Source: Octopus bimaculoides (taxonomy: Eukaryota). From it: a stretch of DNA of 45,132 nt. The DNA lies in the NCBI RefSeq assembly GCF_001194135.2, contig NC_068984.1, forward strand, positions 129,486,045-129,531,176, in the 5' to 3' direction. Below are positions 1-11,702 of the stretch, in pieces. The position numbers and the translations under genes were made by a program. The notes under the pieces are model-generated. The model searched no databases, was not told where the DNA came from, and saw only the letters and a program-made list of their open reading frames with translations. Numbering within the stretch: the stretch's first letter is position 1; each line of letters opens with the position of its first letter.

Positions 1-493
1 TATATATATATATATATATATGTGTGTTTGTGTGTCTGTGTTTGTCCCCCCATCATCGCTTGACAACCGATGCTGGTGTGTTTACGTCCCCGTAACTTAG
101 CAGTTCGGTAAAAAGAGACCGATAGAATAAGTACTAGGCTTCCAAAAAATAAATCGTGGGTCGATTTGCTCGACTAAAGGCGATGCTCCAGCATGGCCGC
201 AGTCAAATGACTGAAACAAGTAAAAGAGTATATGTATTCAAACACTCTTGCACCTCTTCAAAAGAAAACAAATTCTGTGCAGACTGATCTTAGAAGCAAA
301 TGTACTTCATGTTTGACCTAAAATATCCATAAATATAGTAGACAGGCAGGGCAGGGCTGAGTGGTTAAGAAGCTTGCTTGGCAATCATGTGGTATCCAGA
401 TTCAGTACCTTGGGCAAGTGTCTTCTACTATAGCCTTAGTCTGACCAATGTCTTCAGAGTGAATTGGGTAGACAGAAATTGTGCAAGTCCATA

Positions 494-526
<33 letters not shown>

Positions 527-996
527 CATGTGCATGTTTGTGCATGAGCATGTGTGTCTGTGTTTGTGCTTATCCCCCTGCCCTACACTTGACAATTGGT
601 GTTGCTTTGTTTACATCCCTTAATGGTTCAGTCAAAAAAAAAAAACCCAATAGAATAAGTACCAGGCATAAAAATAAGTACTGGGATCAATTTGATCAGC
701 TAAACCCTTCAAGGCAGTGCTCCAGCATGGCTGCAGTCCAATGATTGAAACAAGTATAAGTTAATTCTATTTGATAGACTGATTTTCATCACCTCACCAT
801 ATTTCCAAGAGCCACAAATCCAACATTCCTAAATAGGTAGCAAAGTAATGTGACATGGTCCATTGGATGGAATTCATAATATAAAAGATCAAAAATCAAA
901 ACTTTCTAAGTCAATTAATCAATACCCCTACATACTACAACTTGAGTATTCCATCACAGAAATATCATTTTTGCCAACTGAGTGAATTGGAGCAAT

Positions 997-1220
997 CATC
1001 ATCATCATCATCGTTTAACGTCTGCTTTCCATGCTAGCATGGGTTGGACAATTTGACTGAGGACTGGTGGACCAGATGGCTACACCAGGCTCCAATCTGA
1101 TTTGGCAGAGTTTCTACGGCTGGATGCCCTTCCTAATGCCAACCACTCCGAGAGTGTAGTGGGTGCTTTTACGTGCCACCGGCACAAAGGCCAGCCAGGC
1201 AGTACTGGCAACGGCCACGT
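997..1220 (-). mobile_element. RTE-LINE 3' tail copy inserted in a minus-strand tRNA-derived SINE (about 960-1325)
   Basis: Same sequence family as 24657-24887. Flanked by a gcaat duplication. Confidence 0.75.
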
Positions 1221-1516
1221 GCAATATGAAATGAAATATTTTGCTCAAGAACACAACACATCACCCAGTTCAGGAATCAAAACCACAATCTTACAGTCAT
1301 GAGACCAACACCCTAACCACCAAGACATGCACCTCCACCAAAACATCCTGTTTTAAAGTGATCTGAATTAAAATCCTCCATCAAAATTTCTTGTTAATTT
1401 AAGCTCCAAATAACAGTTAAATAATGATGGTTATTTCAGTAAATTCTTCATTATTTTCAAAATTAATTGAAATGAAGGCAGTATTTTTCAACAGAAATAT
1501 GCTAACAAAAGGGCTA

Positions 1517-1953
1517 ATCCTTTAGCATTCAGTACCGCCTGACTGGCCTCCATGCCAGCTGCACATAAAAAGCACCCACTACACTCTTGGAGTGGTTGGC
1601 ATTAAGAAGGGCATCCAGCTGTAGAAACCTTGCCAGATCAGATTGGAGCCTGGTGCAGCCTCCTGGCTTGCCAGTCCTCAGTCAAACCGTCCAACCCATG
1701 CCAGCATGGAAAGCGGATGTTAAACGATGATGATGAGGAGGATGATGATTACTTTATCAAATATAATGTTTATTTATTCACATCGTTTTGGAACTAATCC
1801 TGCATTATCTCACAGCTTCAAGATTTCAATGACATGATAATATATTTTTGAAGTGACATTGTGAGATAGGTGTAAGAGGCCAGTTCTTTCCAGGTTGAAA
1901 ATAAGACAAGTAAAATATTTGGGCCGGATAAAGCTGGTTTAAATGTTAAAGGG
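1517..1953. mobile_element. TTAA-type (piggyBac-like) MITE split by the RTE tail
   Basis: Left end taatcctttagcattcag, right end gtttaaatgttaaagggttaa. Confidence 0.65.
1533..1750 (+). mobile_element. RTE-LINE 3' tail copy nested in a TTAA MITE
   Basis: aaaagcacccactacactc...ggaaagcggatgttaaacgatgatgat. Further copies at 4590-4748, 19938-20163 and a diverged one at 31360-31570. Confidence 0.8.
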
Positions 1954-2027
1954 TTAAATAAACACCAGTATAAAACCAAATAAAATCAACACAAAAAATG
2001 AAAATTCAGAGACTAAAAGAATCTTAC

Positions 2028-2552
2028 CATTATCAGGGTACCACTCGTCGTCACTATCATTGTATCCTCTACCATCTCGACAATCTTTGACTGCAAATTC
2101 ATTACCAGGTGAATCCTCATCACTGTCATCACTTACTTTTATTGTTTTGCTGCTTGACGATGGCAAAGGTTCGCTTCGAAATTGTTTTTTCCTTTCATCA
2201 AACCAATTGTTTTTTTTTTTCTTGCTTGGGCTTGGGGTTGGAGCAAAGCGAGAATCTTGCATGACGGAATTACGTTCTTTCAAGGTTGCTAATGTTACTG
2301 TTGATGTCTTCTGGTGCTTAGGAGGAGTACGTTTAATTTTGGTCTGTTCTTTTTCCATTAAGAACTTCTCAAAAGGTGACATATCAGACTCCGATGTTAA
2401 AGAAATACCTTTAGATTTTTTGTCGCTGGGATCTTTAGTTACAGAGCCAAATGGAGTCATTTCCCCAGTTCGAATAAGCTTTTCCTGTTCAGTTTCTTGT
2501 TCAGAATTGCCAAATGTCAACATCTGATGCAAAACGGAAAGTTCTTCAGTTT
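2028..2552 (-). CDS. ERCC6: ERCC6/CSB coding exon 5 (gene continues beyond the left end)
   Basis: ctgcag|AA...G|gtaaga, 525 bp. Contains QETEQEKLIRTGEMTPFG (CSB QETAWEELIRTGQMTPFG), FEKFL (CSB FEKYL) and an acidic tract. Confidence 0.9.
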
Positions 2553-2799
2553 CTGCAGAATGGAAAATATTTACTTTAATGACATAAATTATTGGGGTGT
2601 GAGGAAACAACGGGGTTTATTAGAAATATAACAATCAACATCATTTTGATTTTGAGTGAGCACCACAGAGTAAGCTCCTGGGAATTTCAATTTCTTTTCA
2701 TAATTACAGGTGTCCTCAATGTTACCAAGACATTGCATTCATGAAGATCTTGTGTTAGAATTCATCACCATCATTATTATCATTTAACATCCATGTGTG

Positions 2800-2841
<42 letters not shown>

Positions 2842-2851
2842 NNNNNNNNNN

Positions 2852-2893
<42 letters not shown>

Positions 2894-3264
2894 CATGTGC
2901 GAGTGTTAATGTCATATCATCATACTAGCAGTGTCATTCATTTTCAATCTTCTGTGAATACATATCTAGCTATGGAGAAATAAAACATCGTTTTAGAAAC
3001 AGATGAAGATTGGCAACAGGAAGGGTATCCTGCTGTAGAAAATCTGCCTCAAGGAATTTCATCCAAGCATGGAAAAGTGGACATCAAAATGATGATGATG
3101 GTGATTGAATTTAAGTTCCACAGTAACAGTATCACCTTCCTGCATGCCATGGGAAGCATGATATGTAGTATGGTGACATAAGTAGGATATTTATTTACAG
3201 AGTATAAAGACATATGAAATCTTAGTCGGCAGATTGATTTTTCCTCTTTTTACTTAGACATTAC

Positions 3265-3358
3265 CTTGCTTAACAAGTTCCTCATCTGCTTCCAGTCCAT
3301 CAGCATTGCCATAGATCTTAAGATGTAGTGCTTTCATCTTAGCTTTAATTTCTTTCAT
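3265..3358 (-). CDS. ERCC6: ERCC6/CSB coding exon 4
   Basis: tag|ATG...CAAG|gtaatg, 94 bp. Encodes MKEIKAKMKALHLKIYGNADGLEADEELVKQ(E). Phase 0 in and phase 1 out, consistent with adjacent exons. Confidence 0.8.
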
Positions 3359-5003
3359 CTATCCCAAAATATTTGAAAAACAAAAAGAGCAAAAGCAGAG
3401 ATCAAAATATAGAACATATTAGCCCTTTTGATGGGAACCCACCTGAAACAACCCCTGGATCTGTGACACAAACTTCCTGTTTTAAAGCGATCTAAATTAT
3501 AACTTTTTATCAAAATTTCCCAGTAATTTATGTTCCAAACACCAGCTTAATAATCACTAAGTTATTTTATTTAAATATTTCATTATTTTAAAAACTAATT
3601 GAAACAAAAGCAATGTAATTCAACAGAAATATGGTTAAAAAAGAGTTAAAATGGTTTAGAATGATGAACTAGAAACATCACACTTAAGTGAATCAATCTA
3701 TTTTTCGGAGATGTATTTGCATAGCAAGTGACCTGATCTGAGATCGTGTGCTGGAACGAAAACAACTGCAGCGTGGAAGGTGTTTATAAGCCATTTAAGA
3801 AACACAAAAAAAACCGTTAGATTCACTTCAACATCTAAATTTAATTTGCCAAAATATTTTCATCGCTTTGAGACCGCGACCTGTTCACTGACCATTTATT
3901 CAGAAAGCATTCAGTATTATTTTAGCCATATCCAAGAACTTTACAGCTTTTATAGTATCATGACTATGATAATATATTATAAACAAAAAAAAACTTGTTA
4001 CATAACACCATAAGCAGTATGTAATATCTCAGATTTAATTGCTGTAGTTCAATCAAAGATGAGCTGCCATCTTGGATTGATACTGGCTCGGGAGCAGAAT
4101 ATATCATAACCATTAGTGTCAGAATGCAAAGAGCCAAAACAGATACTGCAAGGCACCTAGTGTGACTGTTTAATTGGGCTACCTATCAGCCTTGAAAGGA
4201 CAAGGGGCAAAGCTGACCACAGTGGCATCAAGTGTTCAACAAAAGAGACAATGAAATGACTATAAACATCTTAACAGAAGGCTATGGTGTCAGTAAGGCT
4301 GTGTGATAACTAAAATGTTGTTATTTCAAATTATCTGAGAAAAATAGATATTTTATGTAAAGGAATATTTTCATGGAAAATATTTCAGAGAAAAGACATT
4401 AAAGTGCAGACATGACTGTGTGGTTAAGAAGCTCACTTTAGACAACCATGTGGTTTCAGGTTCAGTCCCATTGCATGACATCTTGGGCCAGTGTCATCTA
4501 CTACAGCCCTAAGCTAACCAATAATTTGTGAGTGACTTTGGTAGATGGAAACTGTGTGAAAGCCTTGGAAAGTATATATATATGTATGTGACATGTAAAA
4601 GCACCCACTACACTCTCAGAGTGGTTGGCGTTAGGAAGGGCATCCAGCTGTAGAAACCTTGCCATCTGGTTTCACCAGTCCTCAGTCAAATCGTCCAACC
4701 CATGCTAGCATGGAAAGCAGACATTAAACGATGATGATGATGATGATGTGCACATGTGTGTGTGTGTGTGTGTGTGTGTTTATCCCCACCACCACCACCA
4801 TCACCATCATTGCTTGATAAATATATTGGTTTGTTTAAGTACCAGACTTAAAATTAAGTACTAGGGTCAATTTGTTCAACTAAACTCTTCAAGGCAATGC
4901 TCTAGCATGGCCACAGTTTAACAACTGAAACATGTAAAGATTATTTCTTTTATCTTTTAAGCAAAACAACTCGATAAATATATATAAAACAGTTTATACT
5001 CAC

Positions 5004-5118
5004 TCTTTTTTCTTTATGTTGTTTAACAGAATCTAATTTTCTAATCTCTTTCAAAGGCGCACTCTTACGCATACTTGCAAGTACTCGGTCAACTCGAGCA
5101 ATTTCTTGCTTCAACAGC
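5004..5118 (-). CDS. ERCC6: ERCC6/CSB coding exon 3
   Basis: poly-T tag|G...AGA|gtgagt, 115 bp. Encodes LLKQEIARVDRVLASMRKSAPLKEIRKLDSVKQHKEKR, matching CSB RKLDSVK. Confidence 0.88.
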
Positions 5119-5345
5119 CTAAAAAAAAAAAAAAAAACAGATTAAAAGTATATTCATTATATGAATATTATAGAGATGTTAGTTATCTAATTCTCTGAAC
5201 GCAAACTTCAGAAAATGAATAAAAATCATGAAACTAAAAACCATGTTTTATAAAACAATGAATTTTGCTCTTTAGAGACTCCCTCTTTGGATTTTAAAAT
5301 TCATTGAGAGAAGCTAATTTGTGAAGTCCAAACTGTTTAACTTAC

Positions 5346-5445
5346 TTGCAGTCATCTTCAGCCGCTGCTAACTGTTTAGTCATCTGTTTCTTTCGTCTTT
5401 CCTCTTCTTCTTTCTCAATAGCATTATCCACCTGGGCAATGACAT
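5346..5445 (-). CDS. ERCC6: ERCC6/CSB coding exon 2
   Basis: cag|AT...AA|gtaagt, 100 bp. Encodes (N)VIAQVDNAIEKEEEERRKKQMTKQLAAAEDDC(K), matching CSB VLQQVDNAI. Phases fit both neighbours. Confidence 0.88.
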
Positions 5446-5875
5446 CTGGAGGATGTCATTAAATTATTCAAAGAAAGATATATATGATTAACGGGGAATA
5501 AAGATTTATTTAAAACACAAATCTGAACATATGATGCTTCATTTACAGAATCATATCACGAAATGAAATATTTACAAAGTTAAAACTTCATGTAAAATTT
5601 TAAAATAAATGAACCTGTACAAAATTTGTCGCATGTGTGCATACATGAATGGAAAAGTGGGTATCGTTGTGGCAATGGTGCCATTGCAGCCAATGAAGTA
5701 AAAAAACTTCAAGTAAGGTAAATTAATAGAATCCTACAGGAAACCAAATAAAATGCAGTTTAACACAATGAAAAGAACAAAAAGGAATTATATCCTTCTT
5801 TCTATATACATTTACATGAAAGAAAAAAAAATGTTAATGTTAATGTTGTCTAGGAAATAGAAAATAGAAGCTTAC

Positions 5876-6191
5876 TTTGTTCAAATTCTTCCTGATTAAA
5901 AACTGTAAGACCAAGAGAAGATAGTTCATCATTAACTTGACCTTCCAGATGAGCTTTTGGTATTAAACTTGTATCCACCTTAAATGTATCTGTAGCTTTA
6001 TTTCCAGAGCTACTTTCACTTTCTCTCTCATCAGGATTGAAACTAGTATCCATACTGGAATTACCAGGAGTTTCTAGAATCTTCATGGATAAGAATTTAC
6101 TTGACTTAACTTCGGATGTGGAAGGTTTTTCATTGTCCACATCAAAATTATCAGCATTATCACTGTCTGAGAATGATTGTTGCATATCCAT
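5876..6191 (-). CDS. ERCC6: ERCC6/CSB homologue, first coding exon (exon spans 5876-6213, ATG at 6191)
   Basis: MDMQQSFSDSD...FKVDTSLIPK...ELSSLGLTVFNQEEFEQ resembles the CSB N-terminal ELQGLGVDVYDQDVLEQ motif. Acceptor ttctttatag at 6214, donor A|GTAAG at 5875. Confidence 0.85.
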
Positions 6192-6299
6192 ATTTACCTG
6201 GTACTTTGACAGCCTATAAAGAATAAGAAAAAATTTTCAGAAAACTCATAATTTTCATTTTAATCCTCTCAGACCTAGGCCCCTGTGTCTAACTTTACC

Positions 6300-6433
6300 C
6301 TAATCACTACTTTCTTCATCACTTTCACCAGCTTGATTGTCCGAATCACACTCATTGTCTACGTAAGGGTAAATTCTTCATCCGAAGAATAAATATCATC
6401 AATAATTTCCTCAATTGTAAAGAGTCTAGGCAT
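6300..6433 (-). pseudogene. Possible piggyBac-like transposase N-terminal relic
   Basis: MPRLFTIEEIIDDIYSSDEEFTL, frameshift, VDNECDSDNQAGESDEESSD*. Acidic N-terminus beginning like PGBD3 (MPRTLSLHEITDLL). Confidence 0.35.
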
Positions 6434-6545
6434 TGCTTGTTTACCAAAGTGCTGGGTTCATCACATGCTTTTCTTATTGCAAAAAAAATTTGTTTTTTCT
6501 CAATTAAAAACAAAAGTAGGTAACAGCTATGGGGGATATCATTAA

Positions 6546-6767
6546 CCCTTTTGTTATCACATTTATTTTGAGACGTTCTGTGTTTCTTTCAGTTAATTTT
6601 AAATATAATAAAGGATTTAGTAAAATAACTTAGTTATCATTTAGCTGGTGTTAGGAACATAAATTGTGACTAAGGTTTCGTGGAAGATTTTAATTCAAAA
6701 CTTATGAAAACAAGACATTTGTACTACAAAGCCAGAGCCGGTTTCAGTCGGGTTGGTATCAAAAGGG
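6546..6767. mobile_element. piggyBac-like MITE, 222 bp, TTAA TSD
   Basis: TTAA at 6542-6545 and 6768-6771. TIR cccttttgttatc / ggtatcaaaaggg. Related copies in reverse orientation at about 3423-3645 and 1330-1515. Confidence 0.8.
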
Positions 6768-7043
6768 TTAACGACGATTCATAAACACACTTGACTACAG
6801 AGTTGCAATGTAATCAGTTATCTATTTTTAGTACTTCATCTTCTTTTTCTACATGTATTGTTCATTACTGCTTTAATAGGAATCTAGTGGAGATTACATT
6901 TAGACGATTCCTACTGTACTGGGAACACAGCACAAATGAGTTAATAATTTTCATTTTAAAACAAGGAATTTTTTTTTAATCATTATTTTGTGCAGTGAAA
7001 CTGCCATTAGCTGCATACTACTGAATTAGCTAGTTAATGATAC

Positions 7044-7842
7044 TGGTATGACTGAGTGGTTAAGAAGCTTGCTTCTTCACCCTTTGATCTTAGGTTCTAG
7101 GTTCAGTCCCACTGCGTGGCACCTTGGGCAAGTGTCTTCTACTATAACCTTGGGCCGACCAAAGCCTTATGAGTGGATTTAGCAGACAAACCGAAAGGAG
7201 CTGTCGTATATATATATATATATATATATGTATCTATACGTGTATGTCCTTGTGTCTGTGTTTGTCCCCCCACATCATCGCTTGACAACCGGTGTTGGTA
7301 TGTTTACGTCCCCGTAACTTAGCGGTTCGGCAAAAGCGACCGATAGAATAAGCACTAGGCATAAAAAAATTTCTGGGATCGATTTCGGAAAGACTTCCTT
7401 TTGTACCCCACCGCCCATAAAATTTTTTTTTTTAATATTACAACATGATGGAAAATTGATTTCCTGTCATGTCTTATAATAATAATAATGAGAAAGTCAT
7501 AAAAATTTAGAATTTCTATTAAAAAACTTCATTTCTGTATTATGTATAGTCATGTCCCAATTTACCTAACGTTAAGGCCTAAATTGCCTAACTCTATGAA
7601 ATTTGCGTAACCTTGGGACATGAATATACAGAATAAGAAAAGTTTTTTTTTTAATAGAAATTCTCACCATCGTTATTATAAGATATGGTAGGAAATCAAT
7701 GCTCCACCAAGTCTAATATTGAAAAAAAAAAATTACAGGTAGGGTACATAGGGAAGTCTTTCCTCGATTTCTTCGACTAAAACATTTCAAGGCAGTGCTC
7801 CAGCATGGCCACAGTCAAATGACTGAAATCAGTGAAAGAGTA
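7044..7842 (+). mobile_element. tRNA-derived SINE family 1 with internal (TA)n, interrupted by the MITE at 7387-7763
   Basis: Head tgagtggttaagaagcttgc..ggttcagtccc, core ccttgggcaagtgtcttctactata, 3' end cagtcaaatgactgaaa. Other copies: 1-230, 345-760, 4411-4940, 14281-14630, 18880-19154 (+); 23870-24200, 31885-32138 (-). Confidence 0.85.
7387..7763. mobile_element. Foldback-like MITE, 377 bp, 8-bp TSD, inserted in a SINE
   Basis: TSD tcgatttc at 7379-7386 and 7764-7771. TIR ggaaagacttcc..tgtaccc. The interior is also an imperfect palindrome. Confidence 0.9.
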
Positions 7843-8898
7843 TTATAAGCTGGAGCACGCTAAATACAGTAATATAACTTTTTATCAACTTGCTTGTTTT
7901 ACAACATAACAACAGTACGTATATGAATGCGCGTGTTGTTATACAAACTATACATTTATTAATGGTTTAATTTTGTTAATAAAAAAAAAATGGAATTTAT
8001 CGATCTTTGATCAAGAGAAGCAAGTAGGGGAAGAACTCTCTATATTCAAAATTAAGTTGACCTACTTTATAGATCGTAATTATTTCATCATGATTATATA
8101 AGATGACATTTATAATTCATACCCATATGTAAATAGCGGGTCAGTTTACTGAAGAACAGACTGCCAAGTCCTACATACCCTATATAGTCTATAACCGATA
8201 GGTATATTTGTGTGTATGATATGCCGTTTTACATGAGTAAATTTGGATTAAAAACCAAAAAGAAATTGCTTTAAGGACTGTACAATTTTAACAAAATGTT
8301 AGTATTTACATTTTTGATAAAATTGTAAATATTTTCTTTTATTCAATGATAATATATATCACCTGAAATATAGATGATAATGATGATGTTTTTTTTTTTT
8401 ATTAACTACTAAGGATTCTCAAAACATTAATTCTTTATCTCATTTGTCGGTGCCAGTTTATCAACTTAAGATAGGATTTATAATCAAAGTGTAGGGAACA
8501 CATCTCATTCAAAATATACAATACTGTTTTAAAAAGGAATAATGTAGTTTCTGACATACAAAACGATGGGATGATCATGTCAAAAGTTCCACTTAAAATG
8601 ATCGAAAGGTTTAAAACCGAGAATCGAGATCAGTTTACAAAATACTACCGAATAAACTGTCTGCAATAATATTATACATGTATGTGAGTCAAACGCTACA
8701 GTGGTTGTATGTCCCCATAAAACTAGTTTCGATTGTCGCTTCTAAACCTTTCACATGTTTGATGAAGCTTGCGTTATTTATCCGCAAGTCAACCCGGGTC
8801 GAGCAAACATATATATATATATATATACCGGAGTAAGCACATAAATGTGCAACAAGGTGGGAAAAAGAGTACTCAAATACCAGAGGTAGAGTAATATG

Positions 8899-9086
8899 CT
8901 TTATTTAAAAGCAGCAGAAATATAACTAAAAACTGTTACTCGGAGTTTCGCGTTCCCGTTCATCGGACAATTAGTTTTGATTGCATCGTAATTTCTTTCC
9001 CATTTCTAACTAAACTGTCCGATAAATGGGAACGTGAAACTCCGAGTAACAGTTTTTAGTTATATTTCTGCTGCTTTTAAATAAAG
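8899..9086. repeat. About 78-bp inverted repeat, probably a Penelope-like terminal repeat, containing hammerhead-like motifs
   Basis: Arms at 8899-8975 and about 9008-9086 are near-perfect reverse complements. Confidence 0.75.
8933..8970 (-). ncRNA. Candidate minimal type I hammerhead ribozyme
   Basis: TTGT-CCGATGA-ACG GGAA CGC-GAAA-CT CCG AG-TA-ACAG gives stems I-III and the core (U4C variant). The second copy at 9015-9052 (+) has G8A. Confidence 0.45.
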
Positions 9087-9239
9087 TATACACATACACA
9101 NNNNNNNNNNNNNNNNNNNNNNNNNNNNNNNNNNNNNNNNNNNNNTATATATATATATATATATATATATGACGTTGGTAAAGAATACGCACACCCGGTG
9201 TTTAGGGTTAGGGTTTAATATATCGGGTATTATATTCCC

Positions 9240-9830
9240 CAATATGTCTTTCTTTAAGACGGTCGGGTGCGGCGATCTGAGGGAAATGTGGTCGCAAATT
9301 TTAGCAGGCAAATATTCCTCAAATAGACATGTTTTCCATCCATTGATTATATAAATCTAACCACGAGAAGTCGAAAAACTGGTTGCAAAAAATCGCACCA
9401 TCAAATGAGATAAAGAAATAGAACAATTTATAAGTTTGTATCTCAGAAATAAATTAATGTGAAAAGAAATGTAAGGAAATCTCAACAATAGATGTGAAAT
9501 AAATAATTTTAACTGACTCATCAATGTGCTTTGCTGGCTTGTCAAGTGAGTCAAAACTATTAGCTATTATATGAAATATTTAATTTTAAATTTAACTGTA
9601 TGTATTTAGATTTACATTAATTAAAAATCGAACACGTTTGCTGTTTCAGAAAAAGTTTAAGACTTTAAGAAACAAAAATACAAGGCTCGAGAGAAAGCAG
9701 AATGGTAACTTACGGCAAACACCGCAGTTGAAGGACCAAAGTATTTATGTACAATGAGAAGCGATAACTCTCGAGAACAGAAGGTAGAAAATAGAGCACT
9801 TCGTCTGTAAACAAGTTATTTAGGATGAAT
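9240..9830 (-). promoter_or_regulatory. Putative non-coding first exon plus intron start with GTAAGT donor (9713-9708); homologous blocks upstream of the ZNF genes
   Basis: Similar to 44395-44900, 33400-33600, 21260-21555 and 26340-26545. The donor is retained at 44795 and 33496. Function is inferred only. Confidence 0.45.
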
Positions 9831-10937
9831 GAAATTACTATTTGTTATTAGATTTGAAAAACACACCTCTAAAAATTTGCATTCATCATTTCCAATTGTT
9901 GGGGGTTTATATTTGCTTACTTTCCTTTTGTTTCGCATTGTCGTTTGTCGTTTTATCTATTACTTGTTTCAGTCACTGAACTTGCGGTTATGTTTGGGTA
10001 CATCGAAAAGTTACCAAAACGTTCCGAAAGTGACCATTGCACCTTTTAAAAGTGTTTCGACCATTATTTCCAGCTATTAAAGTATTTTTAGTCTAGTTTC
10101 GATTTGGTTCACAATGATGATGATGACGACGATGATGATGATGACGATGATGATGATGACGACGACTACCACTCTTTCTTCTAAAGACACAAGATATGAA
10201 ATGTTGGAGGCGAGGGGCAATTGGTTACATCGAACCCAGTGCTCAAATGGAACTTATTCTATCGATCTCGAAAGGATAAAAAGCAAAGTCGACCTAGGTG
10301 AAATTCGAACTCAGAACGTAGCTTATTGTGTACCGTGCTTCTCATTGGAGAAGCTAAAAACAGGGACTATAAGCTGTTGTAAGTCGAATAAAAAAATTAC
10401 AGGAATGAGAGCCAAAAACAGAAATGTGGAAAATAAAAGAGCCATAAAGAGGAAAGGATGCATAGGCACATCAAAAGTAATGTTAGTAAATTTTGAAGGA
10501 TGCAATGTCCTGGCTGTTAAACAACAAGGGTAGATTAATAATTAAACTTTAATTCATGCTTTGACAATTTTGCATCCAGGAACGCTACGAAAAAAATATA
10601 TATAGAATAAAAATGAAGAGGACCATGGGATCATACAGCAGACCTCCAGACCTTCAATCTGAGTTCTGCTGTATCTGAGTTCTGTTGTATCTGAGCTGAC
10701 ATGAGACTAAATGACAAACAGCGAAAGAACCGGAGGAGCGGGGGTTACTGCCATAGCACAACAAGCTGAATATAGCAGCAATTTTCCTCGTTAATACATT
10801 AATTCCAGTGTTAAATTAATCAACAGACATATTGAAACCCAAAACCTTATTTTAATTAAGAAATCGGGGGAAATAACAGGATTGTTATTGGAAATAAAAA
10901 GAGTGAATTTGGTTGACTGGAACTATACAGAGGCCCG

Positions 10938-10980
<43 letters not shown>

Positions 10981-11352
10981 NNNNNNNNNNNNNNNNNNNN
11001 NNNNNNNNNNNNNNNNNNNNNNNNNNNNNNNNNNNNNNNNNNNNNNNNNNNNNNNNNNNNNNNNNNNNNNNNNNNNNNNNNNNNNNNNNNNNNNNNNNNN
11101 NNNNNNNNNNNNNNNNNNNNNNNNNNNNNNNNNNNNNNNNNNNNNNNNNNNNNNNNNNNNNNNNNNNNNNNNNNNNNNNNNNNNNNNNNNNNNNNNNNNN
11201 NNNNNNNNNNNNNNNNNNNNNNNNNNNNNNNNNNNNNNNNNNNNNNNNNNNNNNNNNNNNNNNNNNNNNNNNNNNNNNNNNNNNNNNNNNNNNNNNNNNN
11301 NNNNNNNNNNNNNNNNNNNNNNNNNNNNNNNNNNNNNNNNNNNNNNNNNNNN

Positions 11353-11386
<34 letters not shown>

Positions 11387-11568
11387 AGAGAGACAGACAG
11401 ACAGACAAACAAACAAACCTCGTTTGGCCCTACCTGAGATTCCAAATCGAATCTAGAAATTCTCCCTAGCCATACGGCCTATTGTTCTGTCAAGGAGGAA
11501 CGCAGATTTATGTGCTTTCCACTCGACTCGTAACCTTTTCCATGCCATGAAAAGTTGAAATAGATAAT

Positions 11569-11702
11569 CACTAGCGCAACTAAAGTGTGTATCACCCGAG
11601 GCAGCTTTTCCGTTTGCTACCCCCGGACCCCACAAAAAACACATATTGCCTACACCAGACCCAAAAGTGCCGCCCCTACCGCCCCGCCTAGCTACGCTAG
11701 TG
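11569..11702. mobile_element. hAT-like MITE, 134 bp
   Basis: TSD tagataat at 11561-11568 and 11703-11710. 14-bp TIR cactagcg(c/t)a(a/g)cta. Confidence 0.85.

Noticed and set aside
760-960. Possible next ERCC6 exon
   Set aside because: The candidate frame hits a stop and lacks the expected CSB motifs (DDGDE..., GGILGDEMGLGKT). The next exon lies outside the window.
1954-2027. C-terminal hydrophobic tail of the 218-aa ORF (KILLVSEFSFFVLILFGFILVFI), resembling a transmembrane helix
   Set aside because: It is intron read-through past the GTAAGA donor at 2027, and the stop falls in a MITE TTAA site.
10114-10533. 139-aa ORF starting MMMMTTMMM
   Set aside because: It is a (GAT/GAC)n microsatellite followed by an antisense SINE fragment.
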